From assembly GCF_031769215.1 (NCBI RefSeq), contig NW_026781945.1:2666001-2730000 (forward strand): 64,000 nucleotides of DNA. Reading direction: 5' to 3'. This stretch comes from Ylistrum balloti (lineage: Eukaryota). The position numbers and the translations under genes are program-made. This document shows, piece after piece, positions 12,830 through 27,000 of the stretch; the stretch's first letter is position 1; every line of letters starts with the position of its first letter. The notes under the pieces are model-generated. The model was not told the origin of the DNA. It did no database searches and saw nothing but the letters and a program-made list of their open reading frames with translations.

Positions 12830-15800
12830 AACATGTCATTATCAGTATTACGCAAATCTTGGATGATCTGTGTTAACATACGAGGAAGAATTTGAAAAAA
12901 TTGAAAGATGGTGATAAAGTGCTACCTGAAGAATCTCTGTGCTTGATTAATTTGTTGCTGGATGGACTATGCCCCACACTAATATACTGTCCACTGTCAC
13001 TTCCTGGAATATAACAAACATAGTTCATACCATTGGTGATTTGTTTGTAATAAAGTACAATGGACATTTATATAGGGATTAAATATAGCATGAGATAAAA
13101 AGTCATTGTTGCTATGAAATCCTCCAGTAATCTAGTTTAAACTTAATTGAGATATATTTCAATCATAATGACAAAAAATGTACTGTAAAATAATCCGTGT
13201 TTGTGAGGTATTTATTTTCAATGACTTTGTGTATACTCTCAGTCCTTGAACATTAATATAAATATCTTCATACATCTATGTTTATCCATGAACTCGAGTG
13301 TCAACAATTAAGGTGGGTTTTTTTTAACCATGAAATTAACCTCATAAGAATATATGATTCTACATTTCATATTAAAATTATTGTACTTAGTTTTTATGTA
13401 CAGTATTTTCTTACATCACAACCAGTTCGCTAAATCAACATTCAATGGAAAGTACTTTGTTACAACCAGATGTATGTCTGGAAGATAACTAATTTGATGT
13501 GTTTTTACATTTTGTTACATGAATTTCCAGCTTAGTGTACATAGGGTTATAATAACATAGAGAATCCTGTTCATTACCGACTTGTATACTGCATACCTCT
13601 GTGTAAATACACACCACATTGGTCATTCGTCTGATGAAGGTTGCAGTGTAATCATCAAAATGAATGAAATTTGTAATTATCATGATATGTGATCATCTTT
13701 TCAGTTGTTAAAATATTGGCAATTTCTTCTTGTAATATTTGGTACTAAACTATATGTAGATTAAATGATAGAAGAACCATCAACTCCCAAACATTATCAC
13801 CTGCAGTATAGCTAGAAATAGATCTAAGTCAAAGTTCAAATAAAATGGCAGTACTTTGTATTATTATGTAACTATTTTTTCATTCCGTCTCTGAGGTTAA
13901 GACAAACTAAATTGCCTTTATGCAATATCATGATTTGTATGAGATATGAAATCCTAATGGAGGTTTATTTATAATAAGTTTTTCTTCTCGAGTGGTATTT
14001 TCATACACAAATCATGCCTATTTTCATCACCATGTTTAGTACAGTACTTCTGTTGAATGATGTAAATTCTTCTAATTATGTATGTATATGTTTGGCACTC
14101 ATTGTGTGAAGCAAATTCGTACTGATTTCAAAAGTGTATTTCATTGGATGAAAAGTGACAGATCATCAATTGATAATGTATACACCTTGATATGAATAAT
14201 AATTTTATTTTGATCAGCACCACTGCAAATTTACATGTGGGTGAGGTGAAGAGGTTTGGTTAGTATAACTATGTCCATCTGTCTTTTGACCGAAGTTTGT
14301 CAGGTGTTTTGATGTGACATAGTTCTTTGTGGTTTGTCCTGTACTTTCCATATTACTTCTAGACGTAGCTTGAGAGGGGGAACTAGGAGGATACGATATG
14401 GTATTGATAGACAATAAACACAGTAATCACCTGTAGAACTGATGTGACATTATTGTACAGCTGCTATCAGCTGGTGTTATGATAGGCCATAGGAGTTTTA
14501 TTCTTACATGCGAGGTATGTGGTCTGTGGATAAAGTTTATTCAAATGATCATACTTATAGTCTAAATATAGTCTCCAGTTTCTGTTTAACTTCATTTTCT
14601 TCAAAGGGAGATTATTTGTTATTAAATTTTACAAAACCTGTCTAGTTTTTCAATTACTGACCGTGTTAGTCCTATGAAAGTATTTCCTGTAGTTCGCATG
14701 TGTTTATACTATTCTAGTTTTATACTCAACCATTTAAATTATCCTCTAAACTGGTCCCTATCTTATAAAATCATTTGATTAACCCTAATCTCCTACCCCT
14801 CTATCCCAGTCCTCCTCCTTCTCCTCAACCACAACCGAACCCCCCATCTTGATCTCTAATTTAGATTCTAGATGCATGTCTAATTCTACTTGTATGTGAT
14901 GTATTTGGCTGGTTTTATGTTGTAACCTAAGGGAGATAATTCTTAAAAGAAACTGTAGGACTGCGATAGTGATTTATTATGGTAGTACTGCATGTAGTTA
15001 GATATATAGTTCTAGTTTTAATTTTATTCTTGAATAGACAACCATTTTGATAGTATTACATAGGTAGTGTGCTGTATAATTGATAGTATTGGAAGGGGGA
15101 GTCAATTTCGCTGTATTTTTTGGTTATTGTAATTGACACAAAATTAGAGACCCAGCAAAATGTTAATGGAAATAGAGATCTCAGGCAATGTATGTCATAT
15201 GGGTACATACATGGATACCAATGTTTAAATGTGCAAAATTTAGTGCCTGTGATTTGTTATAGAACTATACAGTATACTGACATATTTTAAAATTCGAAAG
15301 TATTCTGACCACCAAACAACAAATATTTCAAAATCTATTATTGTGAAAAACTGTAAACAGATGTCAATAACTAGTGTGTGTGGGTTTTGATAAACATCAA
15401 ACTTTATTTTTAATATCAGGTTTGATAAGAACAATACACTGTTGGTTTAGGATGTAGATTGTCAAGCATGATTTTACAGCTAGAAGAATGAAATATGTAA
15501 ATGTTGAAATTAATTTACACTGAAAATTTAATATAGTATACATAAAGTTTCAACTTCTGATTTAAATGTCAGGCCCCAGTTCCTGAAAACTTTATGAGGT
15601 ATTATTTTCAAACCCATCTGTTAACTCTAACCAGGTTTTAACCACTGGGGCCAGACATTTATCTATGTTTTTGTTGGAGTGTTAATTGGATAAAGCGCAC
15701 AAGTTTGTTGCTATTTTATTCTGTTACATGATGCATAGCAGGAAACCTGAAAAAATTATACTCTAAAATGTTTCAATGTTAAGATGTGCAGTAGTATGAT

Positions 15801-16089
15801 AAAACTGTAAAGTTTTGTATTTTGGTATACCAAGATAAACGTTTTGTGGCATGTATTTATTTCGATACGGAATTAGTCATACAACTCATATGTGCATGTA
15901 GATTGATTGATAGTAAAACCAACATTTGTCCAGATGTGTATGTAGTGTGTTGTTTTACCATGTACCTAATTGTTGACTGACTGGTGAAAATCCTGTTTTT
16001 ATATCATTTGTATAATATAATAAAAATTACACCTTGTCATATCAAGTCTTACTGTGTTTTATATATGGGTCAAAAGAATACTTGTACCT

Positions 16090-16500
16090 ACAACTGTTCT
16101 ATAAAAACGTTCCAACAGGTGTTTTACCTAACCTTCCTGTATCTGTTCTATAAAACGTTCCTACAGGTGTTTTACCTAACCTTCCTGTATCTGTTCTATA
16201 AAACATTCCTACAGGTGTTTTATCTAACCTTCCTGTATCATTTCTATAAAACGTTCCTACAGGTGTTTTATCTAACCTTCCTGTATCTGTTCTATAAAAC
16301 ATTCCTACAGGTGTTTTATCTAACCTTCCCATATCTGTTCTATAAAACGTTCCTACAGGTGTTTTATCTAACCTTCCTCTATCTGTTCTATAAACCGTTC
16401 CTGCAGGTGTTTTATCTAACCTTCCCATATCTGTTCTATAAAAAGGTCCAACGGGTGTTTTATCTAACCTTTCTAAATCTGCTTTATAAAATAGTCCTGT
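16090..16500. repeat. 48-bp tandem repeat, ~8 copies, with degenerate copies at ~16730-16975
   Basis: Unit TTCTATAAAACGTTCCTACAGGTGTTTTATCTAACCTTCCTGTATCTG. It explains the spurious repetitive ORFs 15984-16502 and 16099-16428. Confidence 0.95.
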
Positions 16501-17400
16501 GACTGGTCTTTACAATAATCCTTTATTTGATACAAGGAATTAGACATGTGTATATCGGTTTTGGAACTTTTCCTACCGATGGCCTATTAAATGCTTGGTA
16601 TCTACTGTATTAAATACAACTGCATAAAACATAGTTATATTTTCTCTATAACACATTATACTTAAATAGAACATTACTATCTATGAAATGTTCTTATATT
16701 TTGTATGTAAAACTGTTACCACAACAGTTCTATGAAAGCTTCCTTTATCTGCTCTTTAAAGTTCCTATATCTGACCTATAAAATGTTTCTGATCTAGTAA
16801 TTCTCCATTTAGGATACAAAACTTTTATACTTCTGATTAAAATAAAACTTCCTACAACTGTTCTATCAAGCCTTCCCACATTTGCTCTATAAAACGTTTC
16901 AGTAGCTGGCCTACCAAACCCTCCTATATCTGTTCTACAAAACATTCTATAGAATGCTCCTATATCTAGAATGTGAAAATCAGGCACGGATCTAGGATGT
17001 TGTTAGTTTGAAAATGGTTTCATTTGTTTTGTATTTCTAAACACAATCACGTTTAGTTTCGTGCATTTTTTTGTCGAAGTGGGGTTGGGGGGGTGGGGGT
17101 GCGGGGACAGTTGGTTGGCCGTCAATTTCGTGTCGCTTTTTTGTATTTTGACTTTTAAAAAGTGTTTACTGGTATTGCATTACTTCTTGAGAAGAAATGA
17201 AGGGATCGTCTTCAAATTCCATACGTGTATATGTTTCCGTTGGTCCCTAAAGTTGGATGTTCAGATTTGGGTCCAATTGGGAAAACAAGATGGTCTACAA
17301 ATAAATGGTTGTGTCTTTGATGTCGACCAATAGCTCGACCAAATTTCGTATGTAGGTTTTCCTTGGTGTTTTCTTGTCAACGTTTAATTTAGAGACTGCT

Positions 17401-18920
17401 TTTAGTTTAAACATATTTATTGCCAAAAGGAAGACAAAGGATTAGGCACAAGTTATTGCAACTTATCAACGCCTTCTCCCAATATACATTTTAAATGACA
17501 ATACAATCATGACAATACAAATATACAATTATTGTTACACATTGGCATCAAAATCTCTTGCTGGATTTAATATAGTTTTGCACAGATCTAAAAATGTTTG
17601 CATTAAGGTCCACGGAAAATTGAGAGTTGCCAAACAAAAGAATTTCTATATCTAATGCAACGTTCTAATTATTTAGATTTTGAACTAAAATACGTCTTTC
17701 CTTTGAGAAACGTTGACATTCAATGAAACAGTGAAAGACATTCTCACAAGGATGACCACATTCACAAGATGCATTCTCAAGGAGGTTAACTCTAAAAAGG
17801 TCATAATTAAGGGAACTGCAATGGTGTCGGAGCTTAGTATGCAATATATTAAGTTTGCGATTTCCAATTTTATAGTAAATTGGTGGACATGACTGATTAT
17901 TTGATGTTAAACAGGATTTGTATGAATTTATAGTGGGCATTCAGGAGTTAATCTATTATGCATCTTATACATTAGTTGAAGTTTCCTAACTTTTCTGCGA
18001 TTAGATAGGGTTTCAAGACCCGTTTCATAGTATAAGGTGTTAATAAGGGAATATGAAGGCAGTCCTAATATAAAGCGAACCGCTTCACGTTGGGCCTTTT
18101 TTCTAACTTTTCTGATTCAAGCATTCTGCAACCGTCCCACAACTCACAAGCATATTCTAAAACAGGTAAAATAAAAGTCTTATGATTTTTTTTTAAAAAG
18201 AGCATCCCTACTTAATAAGTGTTTCAATTTCCTGAAGGCATTGATTTTTTTCAAAACCGAAGTGTAACTTTCATTTACATGATCCCCCACCACTTTGCAT
18301 TCTAATTAAAGGTTACACACAAATGTTTATGATAGTCTGTAAAATTTTGAACTTTCCCGTCAAATTCTAAGTCTAAGTCTTCTTCGATATCAGTGGGATT
18401 TGAAATAAATCATACATCTGTTTGTTCAGTATTAAAATTAACCAACCAAGTTTCTGACCAAGTATTTGAAGTCTCTATGTCTCTATTTAACGTTTCTTGA
18501 ATTTCTAGACAAGATGAAGATGCCTTTAGTAATGACGTATCGTCTGCAAAGAGACGAGACGTCGATTAAAAAATACCTGCTATGTCATTGATAAAAATAA
18601 GAAATAAAAGTGGCCCTAGAATAGAACCTTGGGGAACCCCTGCCTCAATGAACCCTTCAGAAGAATATGAACTGTTTAAAACACCTTTTGACATCTGTGA
18701 GATAAAAGATTTTCTAGCCAAATGGGCAATTCGCCTGAAATTCCGTTCGCTTTCAATTTCGCCAAAAGACCTCTATGCCAGACCCTATCAAAGACTTTGG
18801 ATATGTCGCAGAATACAATACATGTATGTTTTCTTTCTTCAGGTGCAATACAAATTTGGTGGTAAATATCAATGAGTTGATACACTGTAGAATGACCAGG
18901 CATAAAGCTAGACCGAATCA
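17401..18920 (-). mobile_element. 5'-truncated, frameshifted non-LTR retrotransposon (CR1/L2-like LINE): RT domain, C-terminal Cys-His region and 3' tail
   Basis: Minus-strand translations give SFMPGHSTVYQL...[37 protein letters not shown] (~18590-18640), RLFADDTSL (~18530-18556) and CECGHPCENVFHCFIEC. The 3' end reads AATAAATATGTTTAAACTAAA. Multiple stops and frameshifts. Confidence 0.9.
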
Positions 18921-20039
18921 TCGAGCACTTTACATTGGAAATGCTTTTAGAATGACTAGGATAGTCCAGTCATTTTATGCCAAAATTAAGCTTAACCTCA
19001 AATGACTGGACCAATCCTCGACAAGATACACTAGCGTATAAGGTCATTATACAAGTCAATGATGAGAATTTCAGATTGCTATTTTGAAATAATCACTTAG
19101 ATCCGCGCGTGAAAAACTCCTACATCTGGTCTCTACAAAATTCCTATGTCTAGTCTATAAAATTTTCCTAGATTTTATTTTTAAATGTTTCTTTATCTGC
19201 TTCATAAAACAATCTTATACATGCTCCTTATTTATTTATTTATTTATTTGGCCCACGATTAAATGTTCCTGAATTTAGGGTTTAAATGTTATATATCTGC
19301 TCGTTTCTACATCGTTTATGTGATGTTTAAAATTGTTTTTATATCTACTTTATAAAATGTCCCTATGTCATGTCTTTGAAATATTCCCAAATCTCCTCCA
19401 AACAACGATCCTATGTTTTTGCCGTGCAAATTTCCTATTTATGCTCTTTGAAATGCTTTCACAACTGATCTACATATTGTATGCTAAACATAGTCTGTGA
19501 ATTAATCAAACGTCTGGACTATGAAATTTATATTTGACGTATAAATCGTTCCTTTGTCTAATTTTAAAAAAATAACATTTATGTTGTTCTTCTTTCAAAT
19601 GTCACTATATCCGTTATGTTTTATAAATCTTTCTTATATCCTGTATATAAAGCATGCCTATGTCTGATTAATGATATGTTCATATGTCTTGTCTATATAT
19701 TAACAGAGAGATGAATCAGATGATGCTTACCTTTCCGGACACAGGTAACCGTATAAATCTCTCTTTTTGTTCATAGACTGTCCCCGTTTCGTCAATTTTG
19801 ACATAGAATTACGATTTAGTCAATATATGGGTACTTTTTTTTTCATTTCCCTGATTGAAAATACGCTTATTCTCTTTATTTTATCCGAGCCGAAGATTTA
19901 TCAGCAGAATAATACATAAATATATATTGACAAAATGGAATGCATTGATTTTGATAAATAGGTAACACAATTTAGAGAGAAGAAAAGTAAAGAAAAATGT
20001 ACAATATTAACACAGATTACAGTATCATGCCGGCCTGTC

Positions 20040-21073
20040 ACAAAGACGTAAGCTACTCTCGCGCGCCATTGTTACTTTCAGCTGCTAATCACGGCCACAC
20101 TGACCCTTGAAATTCTGAAGCAGGAACTCATCACCACTTCTCCAATAAAATAATTGTTAAAGTCTTTAGAAACGATAAACACTTTATCAATTCAGAATAA
20201 ATGGCGCCTTTTCTTCTAAGGCAAACTGCGCGCGAAAAAGCGCACTAATAGAATTGCGCCTTTCCCTTTTTACCACCTTCTAGTAGTAACAGTCACTTTG
20301 CATTTCGTAACGACAGAGGGGTACGGCAAATTATACAAGATAATGTTTTTATTCGCTTTTCAGCACCCACCATAAAATATTCCGTTCCAGAGCCATTTGT
20401 TAAAAATATGTCTGTTAGATGACCGTGGGAACACTGGACATAGCCGTATATAAAAATGTAGTGAATTTAAAGTTATAACAGATGGACAGGGACACTGTGT
20501 TTCATAAAATGGAGACGATAATATTGACATACTATAAGAATTACTGCACCTCCCATTCAATCTGCTTACACTTTTTTTTACGAATCGTAAATTTTAACAA
20601 AGATCCTTATTAAAATACTGTTAACCAGGTCTATGATATCGATGAGATAAGATAGTAATTTTGTTAATTGGAGTGATCACTCGTTCACTACAGAAGATGG
20701 TAAACAGTTGGTTAATAAAGCAGTAAAAATTGATCCTCGGTAAACGTGGAAATTTCCAGTAATATCCGAGAAATCGACTATAAATAGGTACCTGACTAAA
20801 ATCCTGTTTATATATCAGATTTTTACTTAAAATGTTGTATAGTGAAGTAAGCAAATTATGTGAAAGCATTGTCGATGAGCGAGTTAGGCCAATTCTATAT
20901 TTGCTCAAGCAAAGTTCTGTAAACCTGCATTATGATCACGTGACGGCGTACGATCACTTCCTGTTTAGTACGAGCTCGATGTCAAGAAAATGGCAGAATG
21001 AATCAGACGAAGAGTGAAGAATTTTGACAGCGTTTAGGGTGTAGACGGGACGGAATCAAGTGTTGGGGACACG
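20040..21073 (+). promoter_or_regulatory. CpG-rich promoter and leader region of the PARP gene
   Basis: Local CpG enrichment. E2F-like GCGCGAAAA at 20230-20238, E-box TCACGTGA at ~20936-20943 and ETS-like CACTTCCTG at ~20955-20963. Function is inferred from motifs only. Confidence 0.45.
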
Positions 21074-24000
21074 ATGAATTCCTCACCCGATACACCAATT
21101 CTTATAAATTCTGACGGTAGGTTACTGAAAATGTTATGTTGGGCGGCAATTCATGGGCGAACTTGTTGTTGGCAGTGTGTTTATATGTCGAGGGTGTTTC
21201 AGGTTGTGTTGTCCCCTGAGTCAGCTGTCTTAGATATTAAGTCTTACTCTCCCATATACCTTTAGTTAGATACGTCACACCCTTAATCGTATCTATATCA
21301 TGAGAATAACTCAAAAGAAACCATCTTTATACAGTCAGAACCTCATTTTACCACGATAAAATTGAAAATGAAAGCAATCCGATTAATTAGATAGTCATTC
21401 ATCACCACGTTCTCAGAATTATCGACACGGTAAGTCTCTAGACCAAGGAAAGCCACCGTTTGATGTCTGAAAAGATTTTTTTCTGTACTTTTGAAAGTAA
21501 TAGAATGATTATACAATAACTTGTGACATTGTCACTAGTACTTATTGTATATCGTGTAATTAGCAGCTGTAATTAAGTCGAGGCTTCCAAGTAGACTGGA
21601 CTAGAAAAAAATCGTCATCATATAAAAATGTCTGTGACTTTATATAGCAGTAATATTGCAAGCCCTTACTTATTTAAAATGTGTTAATGTGTTAGAGCAT
21701 TGACTGAATCACTGAATGTCTATAAGTCATAATGGCAAACTGCCTCCGATAAACTCCAGTGATAGAGTACAGGTCATAGAAAAGTCTTCTGTGGTCCTTG
21801 GTTTGACACCTTATGTAGACATGACACTAGCTTTCCATTTGCTTTTGCTTCATTCCTTACATGTTTGACTTAACAGGTATCTAGATTATACTTTTCATTC
21901 TACAGGCTACCAATCTGATTATGCTTCATCATTTCACTACATCCTTTCAAATTTCGTTTTCAATGCACTTCAAGCTCCCCACCATTAAAAACTGAAAGGA
22001 AATAATAAACATACGTCAATACAATATATTTATAATTAATATATAACAGAATCACATTTCCTGTCCCCATTATCAATATTATGTGTATAACATCGCTCAT
22101 TCTTTCCATCATGAATATTCATTATTAAGAGCACTCTAATATCAGTATCACATTTTCTGATTTTCCTTGATATCAGCGCTACATTCTTGTCCCCCACCTC
22201 CATTAATATCAGTATGGAATATCTGTTTCTTAATTCATATTCCTTCATTTATATCAGTATCACACATTTCCTGATTTTCTGTTCTGCATTAGTAAGAGTT
22301 GAACCCCTGTTATATTCAATACCACATTTCTGCTACCCATCCTGCCTCCCCTCTCCCCGTCCTCACTTTAAACACATTAATATCAATGCTACCTGCTCCC
22401 CTCCCCCACATTAATATCTATATCACATGTATATACCCTATCCTATTGATATCATTATCTCATATCCTGTCCCTCATTCACACAATGATACGTGAAAAGC
22501 AAAGTCTGAAATGAGCATAGAATTTACTTACCTGTAGTATTTGGTATTGAACATTTATTATTACGAAAATATGTAATTGATTCTATGAAAACATGGTATA
22601 GTAAAATTTCAATTGTGGTATTCATTATTGTATTATATAATCAAGGGATAAAGAAACGCAGTGACATTATTTGCAATATCTTGTGAAAACGTTCATAAAC
22701 AATGAAAATCAGTCAAGCAACTCTCTAGGTTACAGTGCACTCAGTCCTGTATAAAATATTTCATTATTGTATTGCGTGACAATGTCCTAAAGTATGAAAT
22801 TGGAAAATCTTGTGCACAACAGTGTTGTGACATTGAGTTTTACTACTCGTCATACCATTAAGTAGTCTTCATAGAGACACATCATTTTCTGATATTTTGA
22901 TTAATTTCTGATAGTATAATATGGAAGTTCAGAGGGGTCAGGCCATTGCGATGATTATGCAAGGTCAAAGGCAAATACAGGTTGCCAGACATTTTGATGT
23001 CTACATTTGCGCTATAGAATGTCTTGCTAGACTTGTAAGGGAAACTGGACAGGTTGCTGACAGACCTAGATCTGGGCATCTGTATGTGACAACACAACAT
23101 CAGGACAGCTTTACTCATCTTGCGCATTTGCGAAATCGGCACCTTCCTGCCACTGAATCTGCCCTTCATACCATAGGTACTTTAAGCCGTCCCATCCATG
23201 CAAAAACTGTAAGGAAACGATGACAGGAAGTTCGTCTGAGGGCATGTCACTTGTTTGTAGGTCTGCCCCTTACCGCTGCTCATCACTGGCGTTGTATGGC
23301 TTGGGTGACAGCACATGCCCCCAGAATATTCCCATTGAGGCAGTGGAGGCGGGTCTTGTTCACTGATAAGTCCTGGTTCACCCTGTTTCGAACAGACGGT
23401 TGACATGTATACAGATTGTTCAGTTATAGTGTGGGGTATGTGTGGTAGCGGGTAATTTAACTGCCGCTAGGTATATAGATGAGATCCTCGGACCCCATAT
23501 TGTCCCATTGTTGCAGCAAAACAACCTCACATGCCAGCAGGCCCCATTTAGCGATGATCTGTCGCAACTTTCTCACAAACATCAATATCCACCTACTGGA
23601 CAGGCCACCATACAGCCCCCACCTATCCCCTATTATGCACTGGTTGTACCAGCTGGATAGACAGGTTTGACGATGCAAGCCTCCCTCTGTTACTCTGGCC
23701 CAATTGAAAATAGCCCTCTTGGAAGAATGGGTCAACATCCCAATGAGGAGGATAAACTTACTCATGAACTCCTTGCCTAAGAGAATCAGGGCTGTGGAAA
23801 GAGCGAATGAGAAACATACCTGGTATTGACTAGCCAACTACAGGGTTCTCTTTCAATTCCCTTCAATTACTCCTAATACCAGATACAAATTGTTGATTTT
23901 GCAGTTTGTTCTATATGAATTAATCTTCATTCTTACTTTAAGATATTGGACATTATACTTGACATCTTTCCTAGAATCATTTTCAAAGTTTATGCTGTGT

Positions 24001-27000
24001 TTCTATATCCCTGGAGTATGGTAGTATTTTGTATAGATACAATTCAGTTTGATTATTTATTTGGTTAGTGATTGACCTTCAACATTGACTTCAAATGATG
24101 AAGATGAACTTGTATTATAGGAATAGTTCTTATCATGGTTAAAGTTTATACTTTTGTCCCCTACCCCTCTGGAACTCTTAGCTCTAGTGGGTAGCTCGAT
24201 AGCCTTTTCTTATAAAATAAAGAAAACTCAAGCTGGGAACTCAGTCATGAATTCTCCGTAAAGTAACCCCCTCCCTCCCCACTCCCTCATTACGTTGAGC
24301 CGTAATTTTGAAAATTAACGTGTCCACAATTGTTTGTTTATACTTCATTCACTTTTTCTTACAGAAGATGAAGATGATAGTGATGTGGAATTCATTCACG
24401 AAGAAAAAAATGAAGACTTGGATGTGATATTTGTATCACAATCAACTACAACACTGGTCACTCCAAAATGTGATGAACAACATACAGGATGTGGTCATGT
24501 AGTACCATCTGTATCAAATCGCAGCATGAGCATATCCAGCTCGCTGGGTATGACTTTGACTATAGAGGATCGTGACCTCAACTCTCCCCTCGACCTGTCA
24601 TCTAAAAAAGGACCAAGTGATTTCAGTGACATCAGTGAGGCAAGTGATGATTCTGATGATGATGATGATAGCAGTGCGATTGATGACCTAGATGAGGATG
24701 GCGATGTGATACAAAGTCTGGTATCAGGAAGCAGTAAGGGTGTAGACAGGGGAGACTTGGGCTGTAGGCTGAGTGGAGGTGGTACTGGGGACAGTCTTAT
24801 GCAGCCCCTACAGGATAGCAGTCTCCCTAGCAATGGTGTCTCCTCCATGGATGTCATGGATAGCTCTGATGTTACCATGGCAGTGGTCAGTTCATCAGAT
24901 ACCAGCCTGCCTACAGCCAGGCAAGGATGTGTCTTATCTGTGCCCTCTCCACATGTAACAGACTTGGACATAAAACCACATATACCTCATTACAAATCTG
25001 AAAAACTGGAACCTTTTATACATGTGGGAGCTAAAACCAAGGATGGAATAATACCAAAGGTCGCTCCTGTGTTGGCACGGCCCAAGGATCTCCAGTCCAC
25101 ATCCAAAGGTGTTAGCAAGGACGAGGAAACATCTGGGGATATATGGGACACTCTTAAAAAGGACTTAGACTTTTTAAATGACACACCTTCATGTCCGTCA
25201 GCACAAAGTTCACTTTCCTACCCAGGAGGAAATGGACCAGGAACACTGAGTATCTCCAAGATACTGGACCCTACTCATCCACCCTCCAAGTGCATGAATA
25301 CATCCACACAATCATCTAACAATTTTTCCATCTCATCCATACTAAATTCCTCTGCCTCGACAGACTCCAGTCTCCGTTTGACTCAAGGTCACATAAAGGA
25401 CAAGGTCAATACCAGTCATTTACATGTTTCCACTACACCAAAGTCCGACACTTCACCATCGACTAGTATGTCAGTGGATGACCTTACCTACAGTAACACT
25501 ATAAATAAACAGTTACCCCCAAAGAAGCAGCAACGATGTATGAGGCAGTTCAGCTGTCCTTCACTTCGCAAAGGAGGGGCTACATCAGCTGTTACCTCAT
25601 CAAAGTCACAGAATTCATGCTTTGGCTGGGAAAAATGTTCTTACTGTCAGGTCTCTCTCATGGGTCTCAAATCGTCACGGTGCCTACAAGGTCACGTGAC
25701 CTGTGGCATGTGCCTGGAGGAAAAGGTCAAACTAGTGCTAACAGGAAAAACTAAGGTAAGGCATCTGTCAATATGTTATTTTAGTATGTACTGTATATCA
25801 TAACCATCACTGAAAAAAAATCCAGTTTAACAAGAAGGATATAGCTGGCAACAGTGGCCATGGGTTCCCTTTGATGTTGTAAACTGTGTGATTGATTAAT
25901 GGTTTTCAACACTATATAGATATATATATCTGATCTATTGCCTGCAGGTATGATTAGATTCTGGTCATGTTAAAACCTGGTCAACACTGTCGCTCATATA
26001 CATGGATGAGTGCTCACTTACTTACATAACTCACATGACACGTGTAGAGCAAATTGGCAAGCATTAGGGCAGAACCATTGGAAGGGAGGCAACTCTTACA
26101 GTGATATTTTCAGCAATTTGTGATGACTACAGCAAACACAGCTATAAAAATGTAGCTTTTATTGATTAGGTACAATACCTTTAAACTTAATTGATGAGGT
26201 GCAGTACCTGTAACCTTTATTGATGAGGTACATTACCTATAACCTTTTATGATGAGGTACAATACCTGTTACCTTTCTTTATTGATAAGGTACAATACCT
26301 GTAACCTTTATTGATGAGGTACAATACCTGTAACCTTTATTGATGAGGTACAATACCTGTAACCTTTATTGATGTGGTACAATACCTGTAACCTTTATTG
26401 ATGAGGTACAATACCTGTAACCTTTATTGATGTGGTACATTGTCTTCGACCTTTATTGATGAGGTACAATACCTGTAACCTCTATTAATGAGGTACAATA
26501 CCTGTAACCTTTATTGATGTGGTACAATACCTGTAACCTCTATTAATGAGGTACAATACCTGTAACCTTTATTGATGTGGTACAATACCTGTAACCTTTA
26601 TTGATGAGGTACAATACCTGTAACCTCTATTAATGAGGTACAATACCTGTAACCTTTATTGATGTGGTACAATACCTGTAACATTTATTGATGAGGTACA
26701 ATACCTGTAACCTTTATTGATGTGGTACATTGTCTTCGACCTTTATTGATGAGGTACAATACCTGTAAGCTTTATTGATGTGGTACAATACCTGTAACCT
26801 CTATTAATGAGGTACAATACCTGTAACCTTTATTGATGTGGTACAATACCTGTAAGCTTTATTGATGAGGTACAATACCTGTAACCTTTATTGATGTGGT
26901 ACAATACCTGTAACCTTTATTGATGAGGTACAATACCTGTAACCTTTATTGATGAGGTACAATACCTGTAACCTTTATTGATAAGGTACAATACCTGTAA

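Noticed and set aside
13620-13672. CTGATGAAG plus a stem, flanked by TCATTC/GAATGA pairing, in the RING gene 3' region
   Set aside because: It lacks GAAA and the UH cleavage triplet. At most it is a very decayed remnant.
15984-16502. 172-aa and 109-aa repetitive ORFs, and the similar ORF at 63410-63985
   Set aside because: They are translations of the 48-bp and 51-bp tandem repeats.
18964-19011. 12-bp inverted repeat GTCCAGTCATTT/AAATGACTGGAC near the LINE 5' truncation point
   Set aside because: It is too short to assign. It could be a MITE sub-terminal repeat or an inversion scar, but there is no partner end.
24495-24971. Antisense ORFs over coding exons (also 31496-31801, 34077-34322, 47052-47345, 62181-62393)
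   Set aside because: They are shadow ORFs of genuine exons on the opposite strand.
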